A DNA stretch of 62,937 nt from Clostridiaceae bacterium (GTDB lineage Bacteria; Bacillota; Clostridia; Saccharofermentanales; UBA5734), in assembly GCA_012727965.1 (NCBI GenBank), contig JAAYFZ010000016.1, positions 1 through 62,937 on the forward strand, given 5' to 3'. How positions within the stretch are numbered: the stretch's first letter is position 1; each line of letters begins with the position of its first letter. Below the pieces are notes generated by a model, which was given only the letters and a program-made list of their open reading frames with translations, made no database searches and was not told the DNA's origin. This document shows positions 1-11,603 of this stretch, piece by piece. The translations under genes and the position numbers were made by a program.

Positions 1-327
1 GCATCGGGATTGCTGGCTGGCTGGCAGGCAGCACTGCAGGCGCAAGGAATTACTACTGAAGATCGCATGAAGCTGTTACCGGATCGTCATACTGTGATCG
101 GAGCAATGGCTCAATATATTTCTTCAGCAGACAGTAAGGTTTTCCAGCCTATGAATGCTAATTTTGGCCTGGTTGCTGCACCTGAACGCAAGTTCAAGGG
201 AAAAGCAGCACGTATTCAGGCCGTTATAGCGGAATCACTCGAGCAAATTGACCGCTTGGCCAGTCTGCGCTATAATTTTCTGACTGAAGAGTCTACAGAA
301 AATAATGAACTCGATGGAGGCAGATAA
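1..327 (+). CDS. trmFO: C-terminal fragment of methylenetetrahydrofolate--tRNA-(uracil54-C5)-methyltransferase TrmFO/Gid (5' end outside window)
   Basis: Frame is open from the window edge. The tail ...KVFQPMNANFGLVAAPERKFKGKAARIQAVIAESL resembles the conserved TrmFO C-terminus. TAA at 325-327. Confidence 0.75.
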   Translation, partial: ASGLLAGWQAALQAQGITTEDRMKLLPDRHTVIGAMAQYISSADSKVFQPMNANFGLVAAPERKFKGKAARIQAVIAESLEQIDRLASLRYNFLTEESTENNELDGGR

Positions 328-1277
328 TGGCAGGTATTTTTGGATTCATGAATTATAACAAAGAGGGAAAAGGTGTCAATCCTGAGGATCTTGAGCGTGG
401 CCCTCTGCCTACTTTTTTCGGAATACTGGGACGAAAATTCTGGAAACTTATTCCAATTAATTTGATTTATGTAATTTTTAGTCTGCCAGCACTGGTATTG
501 TCCTTTTTTGGCAGCTCGTATTTTGTACAGGCAATTTTTCCTGGACTGGATATGTCAATAGCTGAAGCTGCGCTGGGTACTGCAAAAGAGGCTGACGAAG
601 CTCTGGTGCTGCAGGTTTTCGAAATGACTGTCATTTTTTTCCTGTTTGCCATGATGCTGACAGGATTGGCACTAATAATTGTTGGACCGGTACATGCAGG
701 AATTGTTTATGTTCTAAGAAATTATTCACGTGAAGAGCATTCGTTTATCTGGTCTGATTTCAAGGAACATGCGCTTTCTAATCTCAAACAAGCACTGGTT
801 TCTAGCTTGATCAGCTTGGTCGTTACAGTCGTATTTGTTGTTAATCTCTATTTTTATCGACAAACTGACTTCGTTTCCAATAGCTTGTTAAGATCGATTT
901 TAATAACTGTTATTGTACTAATGTATTTGATCTGGTGCATCATGCAGATGTATCTCTATCCAATGATGGTGACATTTAGACTGACGCTCAAACAAATGTA
1001 TAAGAACAGCTTCTTCTTCGCGATACTGAAGCTGCCGATGAATCTACTGATACTGTTTCTTTCATTGTTGTTGATGCTGATTGGCCCGGCAATTATGATG
1101 TTTGCAAACCTGGGCATTGCATTTCTGGTTTCTGCCTTCTGGTATTTGTTTTTTGCCTTCTCCATAAATATTCTGATGGTAACTTTTTACGCCTATCGCG
1201 GCCTCAACAAATATATGCTCAGCAAGATCGATCAGGAAAGCGCAAATAGTGATATTGGAAATGACCTGACGATTTGA
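327..1277 (+). CDS. DUF624/YesL-family polytopic membrane protein
   Basis: 316 aa with multiple hydrophobic helices. The N-terminal FFGILGRKFWKLIPINLIYVIFSLPALVL signature is typical of YesL-like proteins. Its ATG overlaps the trmFO stop (TAATG). Confidence 0.6.
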   Translation: MAGIFGFMNYNKEGKGVNPEDLERGPLPTFFGILGRKFWKLIPINLIYVIFSLPALVLSFFGSSYFVQAIFPGLDMSIAEAALGTAKEADEALVLQVFEMTVIFFLFAMMLTGLALIIVGPVHAGIVYVLRNYSREEHSFIWSDFKEHALSNLKQALVSSLISLVVTVVFVVNLYFYRQTDFVSNSLLRSILITVIVLMYLIWCIMQMYLYPMMVTFRLTLKQMYKNSFFFAILKLPMNLLILFLSLLLMLIGPAIMMFANLGIAFLVSAFWYLFFAFSINILMVTFYAYRGLNKYMLSKIDQESANSDIGNDLTI

Positions 1278-1302
1278 TCCTGAAATTATCAGTTTTTTAC
1301 TA

Positions 1303-1333
1303 AAAAAGCCTGATCACAGCGATCAGGCTTTTT
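1303..1333. terminator. Bidirectional rho-independent terminator between convergent genes
   Basis: aaaaaGCCTGATC-acagc-GATCAGGCttttt: 8-bp GC-containing stem flanked by an A-run and a T-run. Confidence 0.65.
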
Positions 1334-1355
1334 AAAATGATGATTCAAATACATA

Positions 1356-2117
1356 TCAGTTGTTTTTGTTTATTAGTTCTTTCATGCTGTACATGCCTGG
1401 TGCCTGACCGGGTAGAAATCTGGCAGCAGCCAAAGCGCCTCTGGCAAATACATCTCTGGACTGAGCGCTATGATGAATAGAAAGAGTCTCTTCGCCGCCG
1501 GCAAAAATAACAGTATGCTCACCGACGATCGTACCGCCGCGTATCGCATGAAGTCCTAGTTCTTTGTCACCGCGTTTCTCGCGCTTGCTGCTGCGATCAT
1601 ATGTATATTCAAGAATATGGTCAAGTTCTTCATTTAGCTCATCTGCAATCATCAAAGCAGTACCTGAAGGAGCATCTACTTTTTGCCGATGATGTGCTTC
1701 GACGATCTCGAGATCGAAATCAGGGTAGAGCAGGGCTGCAGCCTGTCTTGCCAGATGAATCAGAATATTGATGCCAAGAGACATATTCGCAGAAACAAAA
1801 ATTGCTTGATTCTTACTGATATCGGCAAGTTCTGCTTTGATATCATCGGTCAGGCCAGTCGTACAAATAACTGCCGGTTTACCTGATTTGCGCAGCAAAG
1901 CAAACAGCTCAGGTAAGGCAGCCGGAATTGAAAAATCAACAACTACATCGAAATCTTCACGGCAGTCTGAAGCTTTTTCATATATGGGGAAGTCTGTAGA
2001 GCTGTCCTGGCGGATATCACTGCCTGCGACGATTTTCAGATCATTACTCTCATTTACTAATGCGGTTATGACCTTGCCCATGCGGCCAAGGCAACCACTT
2101 AAAAAAATAGATATCAT
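1356..2117 (-). CDS. dapB: 4-hydroxy-tetrahydrodipicolinate reductase
   Basis: 253 aa. N-terminal GCLGRMG nucleotide-binding motif and the EAHHRQKVDAPSGTA DapB signature. Confidence 0.95.
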   Translation of the reverse strand: MISIFLSGCLGRMGKVITALVNESNDLKIVAGSDIRQDSSTDFPIYEKASDCREDFDVVVDFSIPAALPELFALLRKSGKPAVICTTGLTDDIKAELADISKNQAIFVSANMSLGINILIHLARQAAALLYPDFDLEIVEAHHRQKVDAPSGTALMIADELNEELDHILEYTYDRSSKREKRGDKELGLHAIRGGTIVGEHTVIFAGGEETLSIHHSAQSRDVFARGALAAARFLPGQAPGMYSMKELINKNN

Positions 2118-2130
2118 TATGTCCTCCTGA

Positions 2131-3009
2131 TTAGATCAGATTATAGAGTGCTAGTGCGCTGCGGATCTTATCCATATTTTCAGTTGATGGATCAGTTAGC
2201 GGCATCCTGCAGGGTCCGACATCCATGCCCATGAGATTCATGGCGGCTTTTACCGGTATTGGATTGACATCACAGAACAGAGCTCTGATCAGTGGCATCA
2301 GTTTGATCTGTATGCTGCGTGCTTCATCATATCTGCCGCTCATCCAGCTGTTTACGATATTGTGAACTTGTTCAGGCATGATATTGGCGGCTACAGAGAT
2401 AACACCAAGCCCGCCAAATGAAAGCATAGGTATGATCATTGGATCTTCGCCGGTATAGAGATTGAGCGCGTCCTTGCAATGATAAACAATATCCGGGACC
2501 TGATCAATATTACACTCTTTTACACCATTGATATTTGGCAGTGCACTTAGGCGCTTATAAGTTTGCGGAGCGATATTCAAAGCAGTCCTTGAAGGGACAT
2601 TATAGAGAATTATAGGCTTGTCTGAGGCCTCAGCCACATGTTTGAAATGCTGATAGAGACCTTCTTGTGAACATTTATTGTAATATGGAGTCACGCTTAG
2701 TATCGCGTCAGCGCCAAGTTCGCAGGCACGCCTTGTGAGCTCGACCGCATGAACTGTGTCATTACTGCCGGTACCCGCTATAACGGGCAGCCTTCCGCCA
2801 ACGACCTTAACAACATGACCTATGGCCGAGAGGTGCTCAGCATCAGGCATGGTAGAAGCTTCTCCGGTCGTCCCAGCGACCAGAATCGCGTCAGTTTTGT
2901 TTTTGATATGGAATTCACACAACTCAGAGAGTTTCTCGAAGTTGATACCTTTATCTGTAAATGGCGTTACAATTGCAACAGCTGAGCCAGTAAATACGGG
3001 CTTTTTCAT
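2131..3009 (-). CDS. dapA: 4-hydroxy-tetrahydrodipicolinate synthase
   Basis: 292 aa with the AGTTGEASTM motif, PYYNK, and typical DapA length. Lies directly upstream of dapB on the same strand. Confidence 0.95.
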   Translation of the reverse strand: MKKPVFTGSAVAIVTPFTDKGINFEKLSELCEFHIKNKTDAILVAGTTGEASTMPDAEHLSAIGHVVKVVGGRLPVIAGTGSNDTVHAVELTRRACELGADAILSVTPYYNKCSQEGLYQHFKHVAEASDKPIILYNVPSRTALNIAPQTYKRLSALPNINGVKECNIDQVPDIVYHCKDALNLYTGEDPMIIPMLSFGGLGVISVAANIMPEQVHNIVNSWMSGRYDEARSIQIKLMPLIRALFCDVNPIPVKAAMNLMGMDVGPCRMPLTDPSTENMDKIRSALALYNLI

Positions 3010-3156
3010 AGTGACTTCCTCCAGTAATATTGGCCGTTTGCGGCCTGTTTTCTGTCTAAGGGTGCAAATAATATGTACCCGCTAAGATTGACACATAGTC
3101 TCAATAATCATATCATTATCACTGGTTTATCGTCAATGAAACAGAAGAGGAGCCCT

Positions 3157-5395
<2,239 letters not shown>

Positions 5396-5510
5396 TAACA
5401 ACAGTGACAACAAACTGTTGCAATTATATTACTTACAGTGTTAGTATATGATTTGTTCAGAAACTGCCTGCAGATTGTTCAGGCAGAAGATAATCGGGAG
5501 GCTTCTATAA

Positions 5511-5834
5511 ATGAATATGACCAATATTGTTTTAACAACGGGCGCTGCTGGCGGTGGAATTGAGAGCATACTAGGTTTAGTATTGCCATTGGGATTAATG
5601 TTCGGCCTGATGTATTTCCTGCTGATCCGTCCACAGAGAAAAAAGGAAAAGAAGTTACGTGAACAGATCAGTGCTATGGTAGTCGGCGACAATGTTGTCA
5701 CTATTGGCGGCATAGTCGGACGCGTAGTCAATATCAAGGACGACGAAGTCACAATTTCAACAAGTGTTGCCAACACATTGGTAACTTTTAAGAAGACAGC
5801 TGTAAATACAGTCGTTAAGCCAGTTACAGAGTAA
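5511..5834 (+). CDS. yajC: Preprotein translocase subunit YajC
   Basis: 107 aa with one TM helix followed by LIRPQRKKEKKLREQISAMVVGDNVVTIGGIVGRV. GGGAGG lies 9 nt upstream. Confidence 0.9.
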   Translation: MNMTNIVLTTGAAGGGIESILGLVLPLGLMFGLMYFLLIRPQRKKEKKLREQISAMVVGDNVVTIGGIVGRVVNIKDDEVTISTSVANTLVTFKKTAVNTVVKPVTE

Positions 5835-5892
5835 AAATCAACCTGTTAACAGGTCGAAATAGTAAGAATATATTTTTCAGGGGGACACAAAT

Positions 5893-6039
5893 ATGAAGCA
5901 CATTCAGACAATTAGCGGCGTTTGCATTCAGCCAGCTGAGCATTCCTCAGCCTGCGGCGAGTGCCAGACCTCTTGCCAGTCAGCCTGTAAGACCAGCTGC
6001 ACAGTTGCCAATCAGCCATGTGAGCAGATACAGCGCTGA
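5893..6039 (+). CDS. scfA: SCIFF (six-cysteines-in-forty-five) radical-SAM-modified peptide precursor; absent from the supplied ORF track
   Basis: My own translation is MKHIQTISGVCIQPAEHSSACGECQTSCQSACKTSCTVANQPCEQIQR*. The core CGECQTSCQSACKTSCTVxNQxCE is the SCIFF family signature. GGGGGA SD lies 7 nt upstream, and the maturase gene follows. Confidence 0.85.
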   Translation: MKHIQTISGVCIQPAEHSSACGECQTSCQSACKTSCTVANQPCEQIQR

Positions 6040-6080
6040 ACAGTTATCTGACTGCTTTTCCTAATTAGTGTAAACTGACA

Positions 6081-6115
6081 AAATAGTGAAGAGCCTTAGT
6101 GGCTTTTCACTATTT
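6081..6115 (+). promoter_or_regulatory. Strong intercistronic hairpin between the SCIFF precursor and maturase genes (possible partial terminator or mRNA stabiliser)
   Basis: AAATAGTGAAGAGCC-ttagt-GGCTTTTCACTATTT: 15-bp stem with one G-U pair. It is followed by tgtgtgt rather than a clean T-run. Confidence 0.45.
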
Positions 6116-6135
6116 GTGTGTATGGAGGAATCAAA

Positions 6136-7497
6136 TTGGTTCATATGTTTAAAATGCTGGGTGAATACCTGGTATTCGATTCAGAGAGCGGAGCACTTCA
6201 CCGAATAGATGATATGGCTTCAGAGGTAATTGGGCTTTATCAGGCAGCTGCTGGCACAAGACCTGCTATGCCAGAGCTTGAGAGATTAGCCATAACTTAT
6301 GGTACTGACATTTATGAGATAGCCGATGAAATCGACACTTTGATCGATCGCGAAGAGCTTTTCTGCCCTGCCAGAGAGGTTACTGTCGAGCAGCTATACC
6401 CTGATCAACCCCGCATCAAATCGATGTGTCTGCATCTCTGTCATGATTGCAATCTTCGTTGCGAGTATTGTTTTGCCGGTACAGGAGATTTCGGGACAGG
6501 TCATAGGTCAATGTTATCTGAAGAGGTTGGCCGCCGGGCAATTGATTTTTTGATAGAGGCTTCTGGTCCACGCAAACATCTTGACATCGATTTTTTCGGT
6601 GGGGAGCCACTGATGAATTGGCCAGTCGTTGTTGCGCTTGTAAAATACTGCCGCCAGCGTATGACAGAAACAGATAAGATCATTAGACTTACGATTACAA
6701 CAAATGCCATGCTTCTTGATCAAGATAAGATTGATTTCATTAATGAGAATTTTGAAAACTGTGTTCTCAGTATTGATGGGCGTCCAGCTGTCCATGACCG
6801 TATGCGTCCAGATGCAGGCGGACATGGTTCACATGATCGTGTTGTCAGAAATATCAAGAAATTTCTCGAAGTCAGAGGAAAAGGACAATACTACCTGCGT
6901 GGGACTTATACAAGGCACAATCTCGATTTTGCCGAAGATGTGCTGCATTTGGCTGAACTCGGTGATCAGGTTTCGATGGAACCGGTTGTTGCACCGCCAG
7001 GCAGCGGCTATGAAATCAGACAAGAGGATCTGCCCACGATTGAGGCTGAATATGAGCGTCTTGCTCAGATCATAGATCAGCGTAGAAGAGATGGCAATGC
7101 CTTCAACTTTTTCCATTTTGTTATGGATCTCAGCAATGGCCCTTGTGCTTTCAAACGTCTCAAGGGCTGTGGTGTCGGCATGGAGTATTGTGCTGTTACA
7201 CCTGAGGGCGATATCTATCCATGTCATCAGTTTGTCGGTGAAGAACAGTTCAAAATGGGCAATGTAATGGATGAACCTATTACTCTTGATACTGTTGTTC
7301 AACATCCATTTAAGCAGCTCATGGTACCTGACAAGCCAGAATGCCATGACTGCTGGGCTAAATTTTTCTGCAGCGGTGGCTGTGCTGCTAATAGCTATCA
7401 TGTCAGCGGTAGTATTACTGGCTCCGATCCCATAGGCTGCGCCATGCAGAAAAAACGCCTTGAATGTTCATTATGGTTAAAAAGCCGCCAGGTTTGA
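6136..7497 (+). CDS. scfB: SCIFF radical SAM maturase (thioether cross-link-forming, SPASM domain)
   Basis: CLHLCHDCNLRCEYCF carries the CxxxCxxC radical-SAM cluster motif. The C-terminus has Cys-rich SPASM motifs (CGVGMEYC...PCHQF...CxxCWAKFFCSGGCAAN). Start is either TTG 6136 (6 nt after GGAGGA) or ATG 6145. Confidence 0.9.
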   Translation: MVHMFKMLGEYLVFDSESGALHRIDDMASEVIGLYQAAAGTRPAMPELERLAITYGTDIYEIADEIDTLIDREELFCPAREVTVEQLYPDQPRIKSMCLHLCHDCNLRCEYCFAGTGDFGTGHRSMLSEEVGRRAIDFLIEASGPRKHLDIDFFGGEPLMNWPVVVALVKYCRQRMTETDKIIRLTITTNAMLLDQDKIDFINENFENCVLSIDGRPAVHDRMRPDAGGHGSHDRVVRNIKKFLEVRGKGQYYLRGTYTRHNLDFAEDVLHLAELGDQVSMEPVVAPPGSGYEIRQEDLPTIEAEYERLAQIIDQRRRDGNAFNFFHFVMDLSNGPCAFKRLKGCGVGMEYCAVTPEGDIYPCHQFVGEEQFKMGNVMDEPITLDTVVQHPFKQLMVPDKPECHDCWAKFFCSGGCAANSYHVSGSITGSDPIGCAMQKKRLECSLWLKSRQV

Positions 7498-7666
7498 TTT
7501 GTTACCATAATTATTTTGTCCTCTGCCCCCTTAAAACAAATAGAGGTATTTTGCCTTCAATAGCGAATACTATATATTGCGGCCTTCTGGTCGATTGGGA
7601 AATTACTGATCGATCAGAAGAGCGCGGCAAATATAAGTTAGAAAGAAGGCACATGCTATCAGTCCG

Positions 7667-9502
7667 ATGATTCCTGACAATATAGTTGAAGAAATCAAGA
7701 GCCGCAATGAATTGGTTTCGATCGTTGAGCAATACGTTACTCTCGATCGCAAGAGTTCTGCGAATTATTTCGGTCTCTGCCCTTTTCACAGGGAGGATAC
7801 CCCTTCTTTCAGCGTCTCGCCTTCGAAGCAGATATTCTACTGTTTTGGCTGTCATAAGGGCGGCAATGTCATAAATTTTATCAAGGAAATTGAGCATGTG
7901 TCTTATCCTCAAGCATTGCAGATACTCGCTGAGAAAGCGGGAATAGCTTTGCCTGAGCCAGATGATGAGGGTTGGCGCCGCCGCAGCGAACTAAGCAAGC
8001 GCCTGCATGAGGCGATGCTGGAGGCAGCCCGCTGGTTTTATATGCAACTGATCGGTAATATAGGCAAACCGGCTCAAGATTATCTAAGAAGGAGAGAAAT
8101 CTCCCCGGCAACCGCGAAGAAATTCGGACTCGGTTTTGCACCTGATAATTGGGATGCGTTGCTTAAACACTTGCAGAGTAAGGGTTTTACAACTGAAGAA
8201 ATCGAAGCCAGTGGTTTGTTTAAGAAAACTAAACAGGGCAATCTTATTGATTTATTCCGCGGAAGACTAATGTTTCCTATTTTCGATGTGCTTGGCAAAG
8301 TAGTAGCTTTTGGCGGTCGTGTGCTTGATGATAGTTTGCCGAAATACATCAACTCGCCTGAAACACCTATTTACACCAAGGGACGTCATCTTTATGGTCT
8401 CAACCTGGCAAAAGCCAGCAGAACTGATAATTTGATTATTGTCGAGGGTTATCTTGATGTTATCGCGATGCATCAGGCTGGCATAGATCAGGCAGTAGCC
8501 GCTCTTGGGACTGCACTGACAGAACAGCAGGCGATACTGCTGCGCAAATATACTGAGAAGATAATCATTGGATTTGATGCCGATGCTGCTGGTCAGAAGG
8601 CCGCGCTGAGAGGCCTTGAAATTTTGGCAGGCAAGGATATGGATGTGTCAGTTTTGATGGTGCCTGATGGCAAGGATCCCGATGAATATATTCGTAAAAA
8701 CGGTCCTGAACGATTTCATGCATTGGTCGAGAAGTCGATGCCTCTGCTTGATTATCGTCTATATTGTGCTCGCAGAGACAGTCAGACCGATAAGGGACTG
8801 GATATTATCGAATATCAGGATAGAGCCTGCGATATTCTTGCCGAACTGGACAATGGCATAGTCAGGGAACTATATGCAGACAAACTGGCTGCAGAACTTC
8901 ATGCCAGCAAAGACATAGTAATCAGAGAAATTGAGAGGCGCAAGTTAGTACCTGCAGCCGACAAGAATAAAGATCTTCTCAAACAGCAGCTGCGCCAGAG
9001 ACAGATGGATTTGACCAGGAAGCAGGAAGAAAACAAAGATCAAATTACAAAAGAAGAAATATATTTGATTGTGCTTCTGGCTTCATATCCTGGATGCTGG
9101 CTGGAAATGAAGGATAAACCAAGTCCTGCAGATTTTTCTCAAGGGACAATGAGGCAGCTTTTTGTTGAGGCAATGCCGCTTCTATCGGAGGCTAGACTGG
9201 ACTCTTCGAGATTGCTTGATCTTGCAGGTGATACAGTGATAAGAGGCAGAGAGTTGAAGGAGCTCTTGGCCAAGGCCAGTATGCAGATCGATGATATTCT
9301 CGGCAGCCAGAGAGAAACAAAAGCTGCCCGCCTGTGGATGCTGCGTACACGTATGAAGCAGTTGCTGATCAACAAAAAAAAGCTTGAACAGAAGTTGAAT
9401 GAGGTCAACGAAGAGCATGAAACCAGAGAACTGCGCAATGAACTACTGAAGCTATCACAAGATTATGCGCATCTGAAGGAACAATACAACACAGAATTTT
9501 GA
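7667..9502 (+). CDS. dnaG: DNA primase
   Basis: 611 aa with the zinc-ribbon CPFHREDTPSFSVSPSKQIFYCFGCHKGG and the TOPRIM motif EGYLDVIAMHQAG. Confidence 0.95.
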   Translation: MIPDNIVEEIKSRNELVSIVEQYVTLDRKSSANYFGLCPFHREDTPSFSVSPSKQIFYCFGCHKGGNVINFIKEIEHVSYPQALQILAEKAGIALPEPDDEGWRRRSELSKRLHEAMLEAARWFYMQLIGNIGKPAQDYLRRREISPATAKKFGLGFAPDNWDALLKHLQSKGFTTEEIEASGLFKKTKQGNLIDLFRGRLMFPIFDVLGKVVAFGGRVLDDSLPKYINSPETPIYTKGRHLYGLNLAKASRTDNLIIVEGYLDVIAMHQAGIDQAVAALGTALTEQQAILLRKYTEKIIIGFDADAAGQKAALRGLEILAGKDMDVSVLMVPDGKDPDEYIRKNGPERFHALVEKSMPLLDYRLYCARRDSQTDKGLDIIEYQDRACDILAELDNGIVRELYADKLAAELHASKDIVIREIERRKLVPAADKNKDLLKQQLRQRQMDLTRKQEENKDQITKEEIYLIVLLASYPGCWLEMKDKPSPADFSQGTMRQLFVEAMPLLSEARLDSSRLLDLAGDTVIRGRELKELLAKASMQIDDILGSQRETKAARLWMLRTRMKQLLINKKKLEQKLNEVNEEHETRELRNELLKLSQDYAHLKEQYNTEF

Positions 9503-9568
9503 CCAAATATCAATTGAACATAAATAGCAGAAATAATAAATAAGATAATATATGCGGAGGTATCGCTG

Positions 9569-10864
9569 ATGAAAAAGGAAAACAAAAATGAGATCCAGGA
9601 AGAGCAGAAGGCTGAACTGAAGGCTGCTGAGGAGAACATGGTAGAGTCAAAGGTTGTTGAGACTGAAGAAGCAGCACCGGAGCAAGCAGCGCCAGCTAAG
9701 AAAAAAGCTCCTGCACGCAAGAAAACCGTTGCTAAGAAGAGTTCTGGTGATAAGGAATCTGCTGCTGTTGTTTCGGAAGAAATATCAAGCGGAGATGTCA
9801 TCAAGGAACAACGTTTGGGCCTTATCAATGAACTAATCAAGAAGGCAAAAGAAAATGCCAACAAAATATCATCGAAAGATGTTATGGATCTGGTAGAGGC
9901 TTCTGATATAGATATCGATCAGGCTGAGAAGGTAATTGAGAAGCTTGAAGGACTTGGCATAGAAGTTGTTGCCGACAATTCTGTTGAAGAGGATGTCAGT
10001 GATTCAGAGGTCGAAATCAGTTCGATCGATGGTATCGGCGTTGATGATCCTGTACGTATGTATCTAAAAGAAATCGGCAAGGTTCCTCTTCTTACAGCTG
10101 ATCAGGAAAAAGAACTCGCTCAGGCAATGCTTGATGGTGATGAGGATGCGAAAAACGCTCTTTGTGAAGCGAATCTCAGGCTGGTAGTAAGTATAGCCAA
10201 GAGATATGTGGGCAGAGGCATGCAGTTTCTTGACCTGATTCAAGAAGGCAATCTTGGTCTTATCAAGGCTGTTGATAAATTTGATTATCTAAAGGGCTAT
10301 AAATTCAGTACGTATGCGACTTGGTGGATCAGACAGGCAATTACCAGAGCTATAGCTGATCAAGCTCGTACGATCAGAATACCTGTTCATATGGTTGAAA
10401 CGATCAATAAGCTGATTAGAATTCAGCGTCAGCTTATCCAGGAACTTGGCAGAGAACCAGAAGCTGAGGAACTTGCCAATGAAATGGGTATGACTGTTGA
10501 GAAGGTCCGTGAGATCATGAAAATTTCACAGGAACCTGTATCACTGGAGAAACCGATCGGTGAAGAAGAGGACAGTCATCTTGGTGACTTCATACCAGAT
10601 GACGATGCACCATCACCTGCTGATCAGGCGGCTTTTACCCTGCTGAAGGAACAGCTTCTCGAAGTCTTGAAAGGCCTGACACCCAGAGAAGAAAAAGTTC
10701 TGAGACTGAGGTTCGGACTTGACGATGGCAGAACGAGAACTCTTGAAGAAGTCGGCAAGGAGTTTAACGTTACCCGTGAACGTATCAGACAGATCGAGGC
10801 AAAAGCGCTTAGGAAGATGCGTCATCCTAGCCGCAGCAAGAAGCTGAAGGATTATCTCGATTAA
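9569..10864 (+). CDS. rpoD: Primary RNA polymerase sigma factor (sigma-70/SigA)
   Basis: Contains [46 protein letters not shown] and region 4 [24 protein letters not shown]. Lies directly after dnaG. Confidence 0.96.
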   Translation: MKKENKNEIQEEQKAELKAAEENMVESKVVETEEAAPEQAAPAKKKAPARKKTVAKKSSGDKESAAVVSEEISSGDVIKEQRLGLINELIKKAKENANKISSKDVMDLVEASDIDIDQAEKVIEKLEGLGIEVVADNSVEEDVSDSEVEISSIDGIGVDDPVRMYLKEIGKVPLLTADQEKELAQAMLDGDEDAKNALCEANLRLVVSIAKRYVGRGMQFLDLIQEGNLGLIKAVDKFDYLKGYKFSTYATWWIRQAITRAIADQARTIRIPVHMVETINKLIRIQRQLIQELGREPEAEELANEMGMTVEKVREIMKISQEPVSLEKPIGEEEDSHLGDFIPDDDAPSPADQAAFTLLKEQLLEVLKGLTPREEKVLRLRFGLDDGRTRTLEEVGKEFNVTRERIRQIEAKALRKMRHPSRSKKLKDYLD

Positions 10865-10865
10865 G

Positions 10866-11579
10866 ATGGAACGATCCGAAAATCACGAACCGGTATTGCC
10901 TCTGCTTAGCCCCAGGCTCAGAGCGATCGCTGATATGGTGACTGAAAAAACTGACAGAATAATCGATATCGGCACAGATCATGCATATTTGCCGATCTGG
11001 CTTGCAGGCAGAAATACCTGCAGCACAGCTATTGCCTCAGATCTGCGAAGCGGTCCGGTTGCCAGAGCAAAAAGTAATATCGATAAGTATGGAATGAGCG
11101 ATAGAATCGAGGCCAGAATAGGTGATGGTCTTGAAGATATTGCGCTATGTGATGGTGATACTGTAATAATCGCCGGGATGGGCGGTCTTGAGATCATGAA
11201 GATCCTTGACTCCCGTCTTGACGATATTCCCGCCGGACTAAAGCTGATACTGCAACCGCAAAGATCTATTCCTGAATTGCGGTCCTGGTTGATTCGAAAT
11301 GGGTTTTCGATTGAAGATGAGAGTATCATCAGAGATAGAAAGCACTTTTACACTGTAATCAAGGTGAGCTATTCAAATATTAATGGAACTGTTGATCAGG
11401 AGTTTGATACTCTGTCCGCCTGGCTAGGTCCAGTCCTGCTGAGAAAAAATCAAGACATGACCGATGACCCTTTATGGCAAGAGTATCTGCAAGATAAGAG
11501 AACTGCACTGGCAAAAGCCGTCCGAGGGAAACCTGAGCTAGCTGATTTGTTGAAGCAAATAGAGCAAATGCTGGCATAA
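10866..11579 (+). CDS. trmK: tRNA (adenine22-N1)-methyltransferase TrmK (YqfN-like)
   Basis: Contains LSPRLRAIADMV...IIDIGTDHAYLPIWL and IAGMGG. Sits in the conserved position downstream of sigA. Confidence 0.85.
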   Translation: MERSENHEPVLPLLSPRLRAIADMVTEKTDRIIDIGTDHAYLPIWLAGRNTCSTAIASDLRSGPVARAKSNIDKYGMSDRIEARIGDGLEDIALCDGDTVIIAGMGGLEIMKILDSRLDDIPAGLKLILQPQRSIPELRSWLIRNGFSIEDESIIRDRKHFYTVIKVSYSNINGTVDQEFDTLSAWLGPVLLRKNQDMTDDPLWQEYLQDKRTALAKAVRGKPELADLLKQIEQMLA

Positions 11580-11603
11580 ACAGCCGATAAGGAGGTTATT
11601 CTC

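Noticed and set aside
3010-3156. Lysine (L-box) riboswitch upstream of dapA, or preQ1 riboswitch upstream of queA, in the divergent intergenic region
   Set aside because: The region is only ~150 nt and is shared by two promoters. It contains one small hairpin (GGCCG-caaa-CGGCC) and none of the conserved L-box or preQ1 sequence blocks.
5448-5510. 20-codon uORF (MICSETACRLFRQKIIGRLL) ending immediately before the yajC ATG
   Set aside because: There is no SD upstream of its ATG, and it contains the yajC SD itself. It is most likely a chance ORF in the leader.
6829-7401. 190-aa antisense ORF inside the SCIFF maturase gene
   Set aside because: It lies fully within a confidently identified CDS on the opposite strand, has no SD, and its product has a low-complexity, unrecognisable composition.
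7511-7912. 133-aa minus-strand ORF spanning the scfB-dnaG intergenic region and the dnaG 5' end
   Set aside because: It overlaps the conserved dnaG zinc-ribbon coding region in antisense. It shows no family resemblance and has no SD.
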